Assembly (NCBI GenBank): GCA_010909165.1 | Contig: MU008166.1 | Location: forward strand, 1 to 64,000 | Direction: 5' to 3' | DNA length: 64,000 nt | From: Anthoceros angustus | Taxonomy: Eukaryota; Plantae; Anthocerotophyta | Part shown: positions 38,601 through 51,457 of the stretch, in pieces | Numbering within the stretch: position 1 is the first letter of the stretch | Layout: each line of letters opens with the position of its first letter | Made by a program: the position numbers and the translations under genes | The notes under the pieces: generated by a model | Database searches by the model: none | What the model saw: the letters and a program-made list of their open reading frames with translations, nothing else | What the model was told of the DNA's origin: nothing

Positions 38601-39087
38601 GATCTGAGGATACCCCTTGGCTGTCTGAGCCGGGAAAGTTGGGAAGCTTCTGGAAAGTGGTGGGACGGGGTATGGTTTGGTTCTGGATTGCAAGTCCAGA
38701 GTTCGTGTCTGATTATGAACTTTGCATGTGGAATTATTGGCTTGGGATTCTGTCTTGCTGAAACTTTCTTGTGCTGTGATGATACCAACTGTTTTGGACT
38801 AGAGTTTCTGATCTGATTATCAGCAGATCTGACGATACCCCTTGGCTGTCTGAGCAAAGCTGCCTTATAACTTGGCTGTCTGGACCTTGACTAGATGACT
38901 GTTAGGCTGGATTGTGCTCATCTCGGTGTATTTGCTCTCGATGCAGTTTGTGGACAAGGACATTCCTTGGGCCCATTTGGACATTGCGGGGCCAGTGTGG
39001 AACGACAAGAAAGGCGGGGGCACAGGTTTTGCTGTCGCCACCCTTGTGGAATGGATTGTCAAGCATTCATCGCCACCTAGAAGCTGA
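35628..39087 (+). CDS. LAP: M17 leucine aminopeptidase with N-terminal transit peptide (multi-exon)
   Basis: Spliced motifs VGKGLTFD|[48 protein letters not shown]. Exon 1 35628-36011, exon 2 36094-36505, last exon 38947-39087. GT-AG introns. Confidence 0.95.
38203..38856. repeat. ~219-bp tandem repeat x3 in the last LAP intron
   Basis: GGAAGC(T)G/TCTGGAAAGT..TATGGTTTGGTTCTG recurs at ~38204, 38422 and 38642. Confidence 0.9.
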
Positions 39088-39561
39088 GACTGGACAGCCA
39101 TGTGGCGGGAAACTTGCGTTCCGTAATGCTATGTGGGTGAGGATGCAGGTGGGTCCTGCCCGTTATCACCTGCAAGTCCCATTGTCATCAACATTCCGCT
39201 GAGAGAATTTTGTGCTGGTTGGCAGGTGATATGATGGGTTTCGTTCAAAGCGAATGAACTGTACATACAGTCTGATCGTAGGCCTGTTTTTTGTCTCCAA
39301 CACGGGTCGCACTTGCGGCTGCTCTTCCCACCGTTGTCCGTCAGTAGATTCTTGCAAAGCAAGCTCAGATTGTATACAACTCGTCACGAAATGTAATGTG
39401 GTTCCTTCTGGGACTCTCTGTTACTTGATCATGTTCCCATGTTTGTGTAAACTGTAACGTCACGGTGTGATACTCCACGTCACAACTGAGATACAACTGA
39501 GCTGACATTCCTACGCTATTGAAGGAAATCCACTCCTGTAACACTTGTTGGCGTTTGCGCT

Positions 39562-41739
39562 ATGGCTACGTCGTTGTGTTCCCAGGTTGCTTGCCATGCC
39601 ACCTCCTTGGGAAGCCTCAGCATATCCCTCAACGGCGGCAGACGCACCGCGCAAGCCACCACCAGGAAGATGCATAGAACTGGTGTCCGAGCAGAGATAG
39701 TCTCGGACACTGAGGTAGGAGAAGATGCACCAGGGTCGTCCTCCTCGTCAGAATCACCTCCCGCGCCGTCAACCTCTGCCCCGGCCTACAAGATTCCGCA
39801 GCCAAGGAGGTTCTATGTGAGGCCAGACAAGTTCCTAGACATGGCAGGCGGGGCTTTGAGCTTCCCTTTCCGACTAGGGACTGGGGTGTTTGCCAGCGGG
39901 TGAGCTCTTGTGTTGATTGAGCTGAGCTTGCACGGTTACTGAGACACCCATCTCTCCTTCTCCGGGGCTGAAATTTCCCAACAATTGAAGGAAACTTCGG
40001 CCCCCATTTTGGCAGGTACCAACCAAAGTTTGTTCCGAAGGCAGAGGTTCCACCTGACACCTACTCAATGGTGGAACTTGCAGGTAATGTCATGCTCTGC
40101 AAGTATATCGGGCTTGGAGTGAGCATACGCCTGAATGAGATTTCTGAGCTGTTGATAGGAGCTTACAGATGTGTGTCCTGTGATGGTTGCCACACAGGTT
40201 ACAAGCTCATCGAGTCATCAAATCTAGGTGATCGACCTGAGAAACCAATTGAGATCTACGAGTTTGAAGGGTCTGTTTCCCCACATTTTTGCTGTCTGCT
40301 GTAGAACACATCAACCCTGGTTATGAAGAGTAACATACCATAGTGTGGTCTGCGCAGATGCCCCTTCTGCCGGAAGGTGAGTCCATGGACGGGCACCAAT
40401 CAGAGGCGCACTTTCTCACGTTTTTGCTCCTCACTTGGCTATGAAGCCATGATGAAAGTTCAGCCAATATGTCTGCTGACCGTGATGTCATGCAGGTGAG
40501 GGAAATCGTATCTATTTTGGATCTTGATGTGCTTTACTATCCTTGTCCTAAGGATGGGCCTACATTTCGGCCCAAGGCGATCAAGCTGGGGGGCAAGAAG
40601 CAATTCCCCTACATGGTAGTAGATTTTGGCGTCTGTTTGCTTCTGTAACCAGTGCGAGATTCAAAGTCTTCACATGTCACGGTTTTTTCCTCTCGTCCTC
40701 TGTTAAGAGTGTCACCAAGTGTTACTATCTCTGCTTCTTTTAGGTGGATCCCAACAGCGGGATGTCTATGTACGAATCCGATGACATCATAAAGTATCTG
40801 GTAGCGAAATACGGTGAGTGCACCCCCGATCCTTCCAGTCTCTGTTCACAGCATGCCGGTTGTTGGCTTGCAAACTGATATGCAGTTCGTGTGAACAACG
40901 TTTTCCAGGTGATGGGAATGTCCCTCGAATGCTTTCTTTGGGCCTGTTCACAGTAAGCAGCTCTATATTCCAAACTTTAAGAGCTGCGGTCCTATGGAAC
41001 CTGTGTCAAAGCTAAACGTGGGCGTTTGTGGCAGACTCTGACAGCAGGCTTTGCCATGATCGGGAGAGCTGGAAAGGTATTCTTGTACCAGCAGCAATAT
41101 CCCGTGGTGGTGGCAGCTCTTTCACGTTCATCATGCTTCATACACTCTCTCGTGGTTCGCAGGGCTCCAAGTACACACCAGCCAAAACAGCAGCCGCACC
41201 TCTCGAGTTGTGGGCTTATGAGGTAAACACCTGATAACTCCCTCCTTCGAATGAGAGAGAGAGAGAGAGAGCATCTATCACAACGAACCGTGACTTTGGC
41301 CTGCAGGGCTCTCCGTTCTGCAAAATCGTGAGGGAGGCACTCGTGGAGCTTGAACTGCCCCACGTACAGCACAGGTACATCACTCACCCAAACACCAGAA
41401 AGATGTTGATGCAACCACTTTCCAAACCATCATCTCTCTTCCATTTCCCAACTATCATGTCCTGAGACAGATTTCACTGTCAAATTCACAGCACTCCCCG
41501 AGGAAGCTTCAGGCGCTCTCAACTTCTCCAAAAGACCGGCACTTTCCAGGTACGAGACACCTCTGTGCTTTCTAAGCCAGATAGCGGATAGAATAGCATT
41601 TCTACTAAAACTGGCTGTCTTTCCATTTCTGCCCCAGGTCCCATATCTCGAGGACCCCAACACCGGCGTGAAGATGTTTGAAAGCGCTGAGATCGTGGAT
41701 TACCTCCGCGCCGAATATGCCCTTCCAGCCGCATCTTAG
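39562..41739 (+). CDS. Plastid thioredoxin-fold protein with two GST N-terminal domains (GST2N; At5g03880-like), multi-exon
   Basis: IEIYEFEG|CPFCRK|VRE, QFPYM|VDPN..MYESDDIIKYL, LELWAYE|GSPFCKIVRE, VPYLEDPNTGVKMFESAEIVDYL. Transit-peptide-like N-terminus. Includes a 19-nt micro-exon at ~40358. Confidence 0.92.
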
Positions 41740-42112
41740 CAGCACGTCTGTTGTATTCCATGTAGTGTACACACGGCCATGATGTAATGCCAAACTCTCC
41801 TGTTCCACAAGCTCTGTCCTTATCCTCCCCAGCTGCTGGTCGTCCCCGAACCCAAGATTGAACTCACAGTCTTTTGTCCTCCTTGTCGAGCAATCAGCAG
41901 CTTGCCTCGTAATGCTGCCCGTAATCATGTTCGTAATCCTGCCTTCAGCTTGATAACGAACAGGCGGGAATCAGAATCCTGTCTGTCCATTTGACGACTG
42001 CAAGTGGGCCATTTCCGGCACTACCGGGGATCGCAGACAATGTAAGCCTGGCGGCCCGGCGGCCGCGCCCAACGGTATAGTTGTACTTGCTATCCAGAGC
42101 CTCAAATTCCGT

Positions 42113-42120
42113 GGATATGC
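42113..42120. promoter_or_regulatory. P1BS (PHR1-binding, GNATATNC) upstream of PHT1
   Basis: GGATATGC ~450 bp upstream of the PHT1 ATG. A second match, GAATATGC, lies at 41713-41720. Confidence 0.6.
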
Positions 42121-42567
42121 TCCTGCCGAGACGTCCCTGAACTGTGGATCCCGCTCACGTCGCGCAAAAATGGGAGGAATCGAGACTCGACGATCCGGGA
42201 TCCGCCTTGCCAAGCAGGCGGGTGGCTCGCCGCGCCACCTGCGGGCCACACAACTGCCCCTCCCGGGCCCGCAGAGCCGAGCTCGGCTCGCCTACAAGAG
42301 CAGCCGCGAGATGCACGCCCGGGAGTTTCATCTCCAACGAAGAACTTGCATTCTGCAATGACTGCTGCAATACGGGTTCAACCTACGCTTGTCGCTGTCG
42401 CTGCTGTTGCTGCCGCTGCCTGTGCCCATGCAGGAATGGCGTAGGGTAAAGCAAGCGTTATGATAGCGGATTGTGTCTGGTGGAGCTTGGAATTGGTAGC
42501 GAATTGTGTCCTGTGGAACGCTTGAAATCGGGAATTGGAAGGGGGAGGGAAGTATTCTGCGCTGAAG

Positions 42568-44340
42568 ATGGTGGGAACGCACAGGGTACTCCAGGCCCTG
42601 GACTCGGCCAGGACGCAATGGTACCACTTCACCACCATCCTCATAGCGGGCATGGGCTTCTTCACAGACGCGTATGACCTATTCTGCATCTCCACGGTGT
42701 CTCGCCTCCTGGGCCGGCTGTACTACTACGATCCGGAGGCGGGGACCCCGGGGGTTCTCCCAGCGAACGTCTCCGCGGCCGTGAACAGCGTTGCCCTCTG
42801 CGGGACTCTCGCCGGGCAGCTCTACTTCGGCTGGCTCGGTGACAAGATGGGGAGAAAGCGGGTGTACGGCATCACGCTCCTGCTCATGATCTTCTCCTCC
42901 CTCGGCTCGAGCCTGTCCTGGGGCCACTCGGCCAAGGCCGTGATGTGGTCTCTCTGCTTCTGGCGCTTCTGGCTGGGGTTCGGGATCGGCGGGGACTACC
43001 CGCTGTCGGCCACCATCATGTCGGAGTACGCAAACAAAGCCACCCGCGGGGCCTTCATCGCGGCCGTGTTTGCCATGCAGGGGGTTGGGATCGTCGCGGC
43101 CGCGTGCGTGGCGATCGTGGTGTCATCGGCATACCGGAGAGCATACCCTTCCCCGAGCTTCGACCAAAATCAAGTGCTTTCCACCCCGCCCGAGGCAGAC
43201 TACGTGTGGCGGATCGTGTTCGGGCTCGGGGCCATCCCGGCCGCGCTCACCTTCTACTACCGGATGAAGATGCCGGAGACGGCGCGGTACACGGCCCTGG
43301 TGGAGGGAAACCTAAGGCAGGCGGCGGCGGACATGGCGAAGGTTCTGGATGTGAACTTCCCGGAAGCGGAGATGCCGGACGATGATCAGCTGGACGCGAT
43401 GCGGATGGAGCAGTTTCACCGCCGGCTGCAGATCGCTGCTTCCGGCGGGAGGTACGGGATCAACAGCAGGGAATTCTTGCGGCGGCATGGGCTGGAGCTC
43501 TTAGGGTGTTGCTCTTCTTGGTTCCTGCTCGACGTTGCGTTCTACAGCCAGAACCTGTTCCAGAAGGAAGTGTTCTCGGCCGTGGGATGGCTCCCGCGGG
43601 CAGGCACCATGAGCGCGCTGGAGGAGGTGTTCCGGATCAGCAAGGCCCAGGCCGTGATTGCCCTAGTGTCCACCGTGCCGGGGTACTGGTGCACGGTGGC
43701 CACCGTCGAGAAGCTCGGGCGGAAGGTGATCCAGCTGCTCGGGTTCTTCATGATGACGCTCTTCATGTTCCTCATCACGCTCAACTACGACGAGCTCACC
43801 TGCGGGAGCACCGGGGTCGGCTCGGCGTCTGAGAGATCCACGTGCGGGGGGAGCAGCGCTGCCTTCCTCTTCCTCTACTCGCTCACCTTCTTCTTCGCCA
43901 ATTTCGGGCCGAATGCAACTACTTTCATCATCCCGGCCGAGCTATTCCCCGCGCGGCTGCGGTCCACTTGCCACGGCATCTCCGCCGCGTCGGGCAAGCT
44001 CGGGGCCATCGTTGGCTCCTTCGGATTCCTGTACGCCAGCCAGCAGAAGGACAAGCCTCAACCTGGCTTCCCGCGCGGGATCGGGATCAAGAATGCGCTG
44101 CTGCTGCTGGCCGTCACCAACACCGTCGGCCTCCTCTGTACCATCTTCTTCGTCCCCGAGACCAAGGGCAAGTCCTTGGAGGAGCTCTCCGGCGAGGCCG
44201 AGCTCATGGACGTCAGCAAGGCTACCGTCGTGCCCGTGCCCGTGCCCGCTGACCTTAATTTTCCCGTCCCAACCATCTCTGTCCAAAGACGGGCTCACGA
44301 CGGCCATTTCCAGACACACGACGGCCATCTCCAGATCTAG
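42568..44340 (+). CDS. PHT1: PHT1-family inorganic phosphate:H+ symporter (intronless)
   Basis: Signature [13 protein letters not shown] plus [24 protein letters not shown] and [17 protein letters not shown]. First in-frame ATG at 42568. Confidence 0.97.
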   Translation: MVGTHRVLQALDSARTQWYHFTTILIAGMGFFTDAYDLFCISTVSRLLGRLYYYDPEAGTPGVLPANVSAAVNSVALCGTLAGQLYFGWLGDKMGRKRVYGITLLLMIFSSLGSSLSWGHSAKAVMWSLCFWRFWLGFGIGGDYPLSATIMSEYANKATRGAFIAAVFAMQGVGIVAAACVAIVVSSAYRRAYPSPSFDQNQVLSTPPEADYVWRIVFGLGAIPAALTFYYRMKMPETARYTALVEGNLRQAAADMAKVLDVNFPEAEMPDDDQLDAMRMEQFHRRLQIAASGGRYGINSREFLRRHGLELLGCCSSWFLLDVAFYSQNLFQKEVFSAVGWLPRAGTMSALEEVFRISKAQAVIALVSTVPGYWCTVATVEKLGRKVIQLLGFFMMTLFMFLITLNYDELTCGSTGVGSASERSTCGGSSAAFLFLYSLTFFFANFGPNATTFIIPAELFPARLRSTCHGISAASGKLGAIVGSFGFLYASQQKDKPQPGFPRGIGIKNALLLLAVTNTVGLLCTIFFVPETKGKSLEELSGEAELMDVSKATVVPVPVPADLNFPVPTISVQRRAHDGHFQTHDGHLQI

Positions 44341-46546
44341 CCCTTACTTATGTGTATGGTTATGCTCACCGTTACCTTGCCTCTGTGTACCATATCAAAT
44401 CTGCATGGGTATGTATGCTGCTTATTTCTCACCCAAGAGACGGTACGAGAAATATGGAATACCGAAGTCGTCACGGGGCAGGTTGTGTGTCACAGGTTTG
44501 TCCAGTATTCTACATTCAGATGCCGAGGCATCTTCAAAGATTCTTTCATCATACACGGGCCACATCATCGCACGACGGGCCGCAGGCGGCAGAAATCTTT
44601 TCGTCTCGCAACTTTGCGCTCTGGTGTTCTGATGTCGTCATCTAGTTTTATTCTGCCATTTAGGGTTTTTGTGATAAACACATGTTTAGGGTTGCCTGGA
44701 CCACACATGGACATATATGTCGGACATGTCTCGTCCCCGCGCGAAGGCCCCCAATGTGCGCATGTAACACGTTCAAGAGTGTGTTTCCCTCTCACCTTCG
44801 CGCGATGCCCGGACGTTCGCATGGTACATGTTCAAGAGTGTGTTTTCCCCACCGTGCATCTGGTTTGCATGCCAAACAAGCTGGCCAACCAAGATAATGC
44901 ATGAGGATGCAAACCGTGCAAAGGTTCCTCCCTCTCTCAACTTCTCCAATGAAACCGAACTCGAGTGCGTGAAGAAAAGCCGTTCAGAGTTGGTAGGACA
45001 TTTCTCAAGGTGCTTCACAGTTCCCTGATCAAGGTCATCGAACATTACTTCTACACGAAGTTTTTGTACAAGAAGATTGTGCAAGGACACAGCATTCTAC
45101 AATTCAACCTCCAAGAACCTACACATGCATGTCAAGTCCTAACAAAGAGCATCCATACACTGGATGAGCATGATACCACCCCACGACATTTTCCAGCCCC
45201 CCCTACCTGCCCACACAACCAAGCCAATCCCTTAGTCAGCCGTGCTAGTACGCCATAGTGAAGACAAGACAGACTGATGCTGGAGATCTGCATGTCCATC
45301 ACCTCCTCCATGAAGCCCAATGCAAAGCTCCATAGCCTGCCAAATTGCCTCACACCATCTGTGACCTAATGTCACATGGACACACTTCTTGCCTGAAGCC
45401 GTGGTACTAACTGCCACTGTCCGAGGTAGAGAAAATAGATGGGCATTTGCTTAGTGGCCTGCAAGTACTCCATATACTCACAAGCATGACATTAGTCCAG
45501 GTTCGCCCACGATCAAGGACTCCCTACCTACACAAGCAGCAACACCAAGTGTAGTGAATTTGTGCTACGCCTTAGACACATCCATATACAAAGGAGTCAT
45601 TGTGAATGGTAGTGGTGAGTGGAATGCAATCATAGCCCACCTCTGCAGCCATCCACCTCTTTGTCCCTTGCTATGCAACCATCATCATGGATCTGGGCTG
45701 TGGTGCACCAGGTGTGAGGGACTTGCGGCCCAGCCAGGTGTGAGGGACTTGCGGCCCAGCTTTGAGGCTCTTCGGGGAGTGAGCAGGGTGTAGGATGTAG
45801 AGAAGTCTTTTGTGTGCTTCACCATGAGGTGGGAGCGGTGGCCATGTGGAATTCTTATTTGTGTCGAATTGAGGCATGAGCATAGTGATGGCTTTGTTTT
45901 GGGTCGAATGTATGGTCTCAATTCGTGAAGTAATCCTCTCATGAAGACTCCATTCGTGAAGCAATCTGGCTTTGCAGTCGTGGGAGGCTTAGATGGCACT
46001 CCAGGCTATATGCCTCAAAGACCTGGTGACGGTTTGTTGACGGCATTCTGACGGCCACATGGGTGCTTGCAAGGATGTGCAAAGGGTGCTTGCGAGGATG
46101 TGCGAGAGCCAATGTTTGACAACCCTAAGAAAGAAAACCATGTGTATCGCACCCTAAAAGGAATTTAGACACACCTTCTGATGACATCGGTACATGGGGG
46201 CAGCACCCCCGGATGATGTCGGCAATTGTGTCACATAAGAAGTTTTCCTGCCATATGCAGTGGGAAAACTTCTTATGTCACCCTCAATAAAAACCCTTGG
46301 TGGCTCGTGACGACCTCGGTATTTCATAAAGAAAACCCAATGAGGGAAAAGAATATTTCTTTATTTTTTGAATATACATACATATTCTGTCTCACAAGAA
46401 GACAAAAGTAGCATGCCGTGTATGCCAACTTAGGGTTTAAGCATTTGAGCAAGCCAATCTATTTAGGGCTTAGAAAAGCTAGTTTGCTTATTAAGGCTCA
46501 AGAAAAGTTAAAGGCTGAAAAGAAGTTCAAGACTCAAGAACGCAAT

Positions 46547-46636
46547 TGCTTAGAGATGAGGTAAAGCCTCTTTAAGTGCTTAGAGATGAGGTAAAGCCTC
46601 TTTAAGTGCTTAGAGATGAGGTAAAGCCTCTTTAAG
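46547..46636. repeat. Perfect 30-bp tandem repeat x3 (TGCTTAGAGATGAGGTAAAGCCTCTTTAAG)
   Basis: Directly visible. There are no spacers, so this is not CRISPR-like. Confidence 0.95.
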
Positions 46637-47439
46637 ACGACGAGGCTAGCCTTAAAGAGTTATTTCCTAGCACTTCCTTCACACTCATGTTGGGAAGTGC
46701 ATGGCTTTGGCTGTGAAAGGCTGTGTAAGGCTCCGTGGCTTTGAGAAGGAGATCGAGAGGGGACAGCTAAGTACCAAAGCTAGGTGCATACATGGCCAGG
46801 ACTCTCTAATCTCTTTTGTACTCCTCCCACCTTGAAACTTATTTGGGGGAGGAATGATGCTTTCCTCATAGGAAGATTCCTCCTCTTGCTCCTCGCTCGT
46901 GGAAGAAGAGGAAGATTCCTGCTCTTGCTCCTAGTTCATCTCTTCTTCCACAAGCTTTTCCAAGGCCTTCTCAAGTGCTTCCTTCATACTTTTTTGTAAA
47001 GTTTTTTCAACTTCCCTTTTGTGAGGAAGATTTTCCTCAAGGTGGAGCATTGAGCCTTTGCCGTTCTAATTGATGGTAGTTCAAGATGTGCCTCTTGCAT
47101 CACTGTATCTAAGGCAAGAGCCTTCTCTCTTTTCCGTTTTGTCATCTGTGCACTACCTTGATTAGGTGGATCAGCCATCTCTAGCTAAGCAACAACCTAA
47201 GACGTTGCAACCTTAAGCTCCGATATCATGCAGCATGAACCTTTAATTTGCCAGCTGTGGCATGATCCCCTCTAGCACAATCTTATGCCCGAGATACTCT
47301 CTCTTGAAAAGCAACCCCTCTCTCAAAGGCATGCATGCATGCGGTTAAAAGGCAACAACACACGTACACCATGCACACTAGGCCTTCAAGTAGCCCCACA
47401 CTTCCAGGGACGACTTGCATATTAGCACTTCCTTTGTTG

Positions 47440-48140
47440 CTCTGTACTTTGGATAAAATGTGGAGAAGGTTGACTTGTGGTTGTTGTCCTAGGAATCTTT
47501 TCTTTAGGCATTCGGGATTGCACAAGAAAATTAGTTGAATCATGTTACTATCTTCTTGGATGGGTATGCTCTTACTTGGTGGAGAATTTACTGTCAGAGG
47601 GTGGAAGAAGGTGTTCGGAGGAATACTATCACCAACTGCAAGAAGTTCAAGATCGCGATGAAGTTGTAGTTCCAGCCTACATATACGGTTCGATTGGGAA
47701 GCGAGATGCTGCAAACAAGAATAGTGAGTTAGTACGTAAATGACTTTAGTCAAGTAGACCTGCAATGTCATAGTATGGTAGAGATTGACAAGGATTGAAG
47801 TTGTGGGTTGCTGATAGAATTGAGCTAACAAGACCTCAAACGCTGAAAGATGCTTTTATCGTTGCAGAGGCGATACCAAAACTTTATCGTGTTGAGGAGT
47901 CTTAGGCATTGTTCTCCACTAGGAGAAGCTATCCAAGGTTTCTTGGAGGCAAGTTTCGAGTTAGGGGAAGAGCCACCAACATTGGCCAAGGATGAGGAAC
48001 TAACGAGAATGTTGGCAAAGGAAGAGGAAGGGCCAAAGGAACCAATATAGGCCATGGAGAGTGAAGGACATCAGCACCTATGTTTGGTGTGTGCTTCAAT
48101 TGTGGAGAGCGGAAACATTTCACGAGGGATTGTCCGCAGG
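47440..48140 (+). mobile_element. Decayed Ty3/gypsy gag with CCHC zinc knuckle
   Basis: Manual translation through stops gives VTIFLDGYALTWW..FKIAMKL*FQP..YVNDF..GLKLWVADRIELTRPQTLKDAFIVAE, and VCFNCGERKHFTRDCP at ~48088-48135. Confidence 0.85.
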
Positions 48141-48797
48141 CTTAGGACCAATAATTAAGAGTGGCAACTGCCAATCCTCGGCCATAGAGACTGAGGATTA
48201 TTGAAATTTCCTCTAGATCTTAATAGTAATAATATGACGAAGGGAATCTCGCGCTTTAGACCTCACACGAGAGAAGCCGGCACGCCCAGATAGTGGAACA
48301 ATTTAAATTTCAAGTTCACACACCACCCAGAGCATGGCACAAACCACCTGGAGCATGGCACCGGATCTGGTTACTAATTCGTCCACATGCTGCTTAATTG
48401 TGGAGTTCTTATCTCATGTGGTATATGTGCATCCTCGCTTAAGTGTATCATCCTAAGTGATGCCAGTGGCTACATGGTGTGAAAGTAGCATGTGGTGAGT
48501 CTACTTGTGTCAAGAATGTCAGAAGGTGGAGCCCTTATAAATGCATATACATGGAATATTGAATAGCTCAGAAGTGAAGACCTAGCAGCCTCCCATAATT
48601 TTAACATTTTTAGCAAGGTGAAGGAGCTTGGTTTGTCAAGGAGTTGTACAATTATGCACCATGGGGGATCCAACAAGCTAAGGGATCTCCGTAATTATTG
48701 GGTGAGTTGTATGGAGTGTTGTTGCATATAGGAGTGTGTGAGTCTCGCACCATTGAGATATTGAAGGCTGGTTTGTACCACTCTTAGTCGAGAACAT

Positions 48798-49037
48798 GAG
48801 ATATTTCAGTATAGCTAATTTGGAAGGTTAAGCTCAAGTAGGAAATTAAGAGGAAGAGCTTTTTTTAATTGTGCTATAAGGACTAGAGAATGGACTTGAG
48901 TGAAGAATCCTGGCTCTTGAGATATTTCAATGCAGCTAATTTGGAGGGTTGAGCTGAAGTTAGAAATTAGGAAGAAGACTGAGCTTTCTTTAATTGTGCT
49001 ACAAGGACTAGAGAAGGGACTTGAGTGAAGAATCCTG
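48798..49037. repeat. ~120-bp imperfect direct repeat x2
   Basis: GAGATATTTCA..AGCTAATTTGGA..GGACTTGAGTGAAGAATCCTG occurs twice. Confidence 0.85.
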
Positions 49038-49624
49038 AAAGACGGAAATTCCAAAGGAGATACAAATTGCCCTGAGTTACTTGAATTGCTTTGATTTAAG
49101 AATTTGATGAATGAGGAATTGACACTCTTACCTCTGCGCAATGTTCAAAGCTACGGGTTTGGCCTCTACCAAAGGGTTCATTGGTTTATAATAATAGGAA
49201 TTAGTTGCACTCTAATGAAAAACTAAAGTTCCACGATCTAAAGATCTGAACCTCAATTTGCGATGAGAAAAGGGACTCGAACTTCCTTTTGTCGCTCCGA
49301 AGAGACTGAACCGTTCAAAGAACTTAAGTCTCAAACACACCCACCCGCTTCGAAAACTCGGATTGAGTATTACAAACCACACGGGTCCTCAGACTCGTAA
49401 CTACAGTTTGGGGATCTAAGTAAAGCAGGTACATGACCGGGAAATGATACACCTACGTATGTAAGAGGGGTAAGGAACACGTCGGGAAGTGTACTTGTCT
49501 GTTTGTTGCAGCCAGGGGTGGCTTCACTGCCACAAAATCCAGAGCAGAATGCCCATATGTACAAACAAACAAAGCCTGCCTCGGCACCGACTAAATAATA
49601 ACTTCACGACCAGCGCACCGCCTT

Positions 49625-51457
49625 TCAGCCTGTTGTCGTATTCGACGAGACTCCAGCAGAGACCTGTGGCGACGCCCCGCCGTTCTCCAGTGCATCCCCC
49701 GCGATTGCCATCCTGCTGCTGCTACCACTCTCAGCGTGCCCGGCGGAGCTCCCACCGTTCATCAGCTCTTCCAGAGTGCGCCTTTTACTACTAGTCTGCC
49801 CGGCCGGCAGAGGAATAGGTGCAGCGCGCTTCACACCTCGACCTACCACACCCAGGTCGGTCACACAGGTGCTGCTGCCAGACATTGCAGACTCATCGAA
49901 TCCGTTGGAGCTTGATGCTGGGCTGCTTCCGGTAGCCTTGGACGGCTCTCCAATCCGTTCAGACATGCTGGTGGCCACGGCGGAGAGGACAAGCTTCACA
50001 CTAGCTGCTGCGGATGGGTTTGCCGCCTGCAATGCCTCCATGAGTGATGGAGCATTAGTCATCTCTTGCAGCTCAAGAACCTGCACACATGAAGCAAAAT
50101 ATCAGAGACCAGCTTGAGGAACTGCCGACGAAGGAGACAGGCTCTGAACATAGATGTGTACGTAAGGAAGCACACCTTTTCCCTCAGGTCAACTAGTAGC
50201 TCTTCAATTTCAGTGATCTCTGCTGCAATCTTCTCTTCCGCGCTGGCAGGCTCCTCTGTTGGCTTCTTGCTTATCTGATTCTTCAGCTTCTGAAGACGAG
50301 CTTCACAAACAGAAACTGCTCTGTTGCAGTATTCCATGGCATCTTTTGCCTTGTTGTTCAGTTGCAATGCAAGACATAGCTTGAAACATCTGTAAGCCAC
50401 ATTTACAATTGACCCCATGAGGAATGGCAGTCACATAGAGGAAGACAAAAACAAAACGTCATGAACTTAAAAGGGGAGTCAAGCGTTCCGAGGATACAGT
50501 TCAGCCAGACGACGATCATCGGGCTCGACGAGCTTCTCAAGGATTCCCAAGGCGCTTGTGTAATCATCGTAGCAGGACTTAAAATCCTCTGAAAAAATCG
50601 CCCGGTATCTGTCAGCCACGTCCAGAAACAGAGTTGCGGTGCATAATATACATCTGCAAGATTTCGGACACTCACCCTTCTCCAGGCTGACATCTGCCAG
50701 TGCAGCGATCACATCCACTTCCTCAAGGCTACGTTGGGCCTGAGTTTGGTAGATATGTCGAGCAAGGTCTAAATTCTCCCATGCTAATTGCAGATCTGAC
50801 ATTCCCTCGTCCATCCCGTCCCCATTTGCACCACCCAAACCACATGTTGCATTATCACCCTCATCATCATCCTCAGCCTCTGATTCGTCGTCTGTGTTGT
50901 CGTCATCTCCATCTTCACCAACAATAGGGCAAAGTCATTACGATTTCAGAAACGCGGAGGCCTCACATTCTCACAACAAAAGACAGCAGCCTTCACCAAG
51001 AACTGACCAGCAGTCTTCACTATTGCTTCCGTGGACAGAGCTTCAGCCTTATCTCTGGCTCCATCAGTCTGCCCTAACGCATCAGACTCTGACTGAACTT
51101 TGTAGAGGAGAGCACAACCGTACTTGTAAAGAGTTGGAGCGCATTCAATAGCCAGCTCCCCGTAATGCTGGACCCTGTAAAGAGCCCACAAAACGTCAGT
51201 CATGCAAGTTCCGAAATCACAAGATTAAAAATTATCACACCCTTCACCACCTGCTCCTACCTTATCTCCAGAGCTTTTCCGATGCAGTCACAAGCCTCGT
51301 CATACTGCTGAGAGCGCAAGGCCGTGCACCCTAATTTGTAGAGGCGATTCGCGTGACCTAACAGAACTTCCTCATCGGCCCCTACCACGCCTTCATCAGT
51401 CTCTACCGACTCCACGATGTCCGCAACTCCATTTTCCGAGGGTGAAACGGACGGCAT
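49625..51457 (-). CDS. NASP: NASP/Sim3-type SHNi-TPR histone H3 chaperone (multi-exon)
   Basis: ALEIR|VQHYGELAIECAPTLYKYGCALLYK, an acidic loop, SDLQLAWENLDLAR, LADVSLE, LVEPDDRRLAEL and C-terminal DLGVVGRGVKR. The start codon is the best guess. Confidence 0.92.

Noticed and set aside
42535-42567. PHT1 start at the TTG given by the ORF track
   Set aside because: Eukaryotic gene. The first ATG (42568) matches the usual PHT1 N-terminus (..[15 protein letters not shown]).
42679-44632. Long overlapping alternative-frame and antisense ORFs over PHT1 (likewise over the acyltransferase)
   Set aside because: Expected shadows of high-GC3 coding sequence.
44900-45460. LINE ORF1 (DUF4283-like) relic
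   Set aside because: Only a vague resemblance. No zinc knuckle, endonuclease or RT seen.
46547-46636. CRISPR-like 30-bp repeats
   Set aside because: Contiguous repeats without spacers, in a eukaryotic context.
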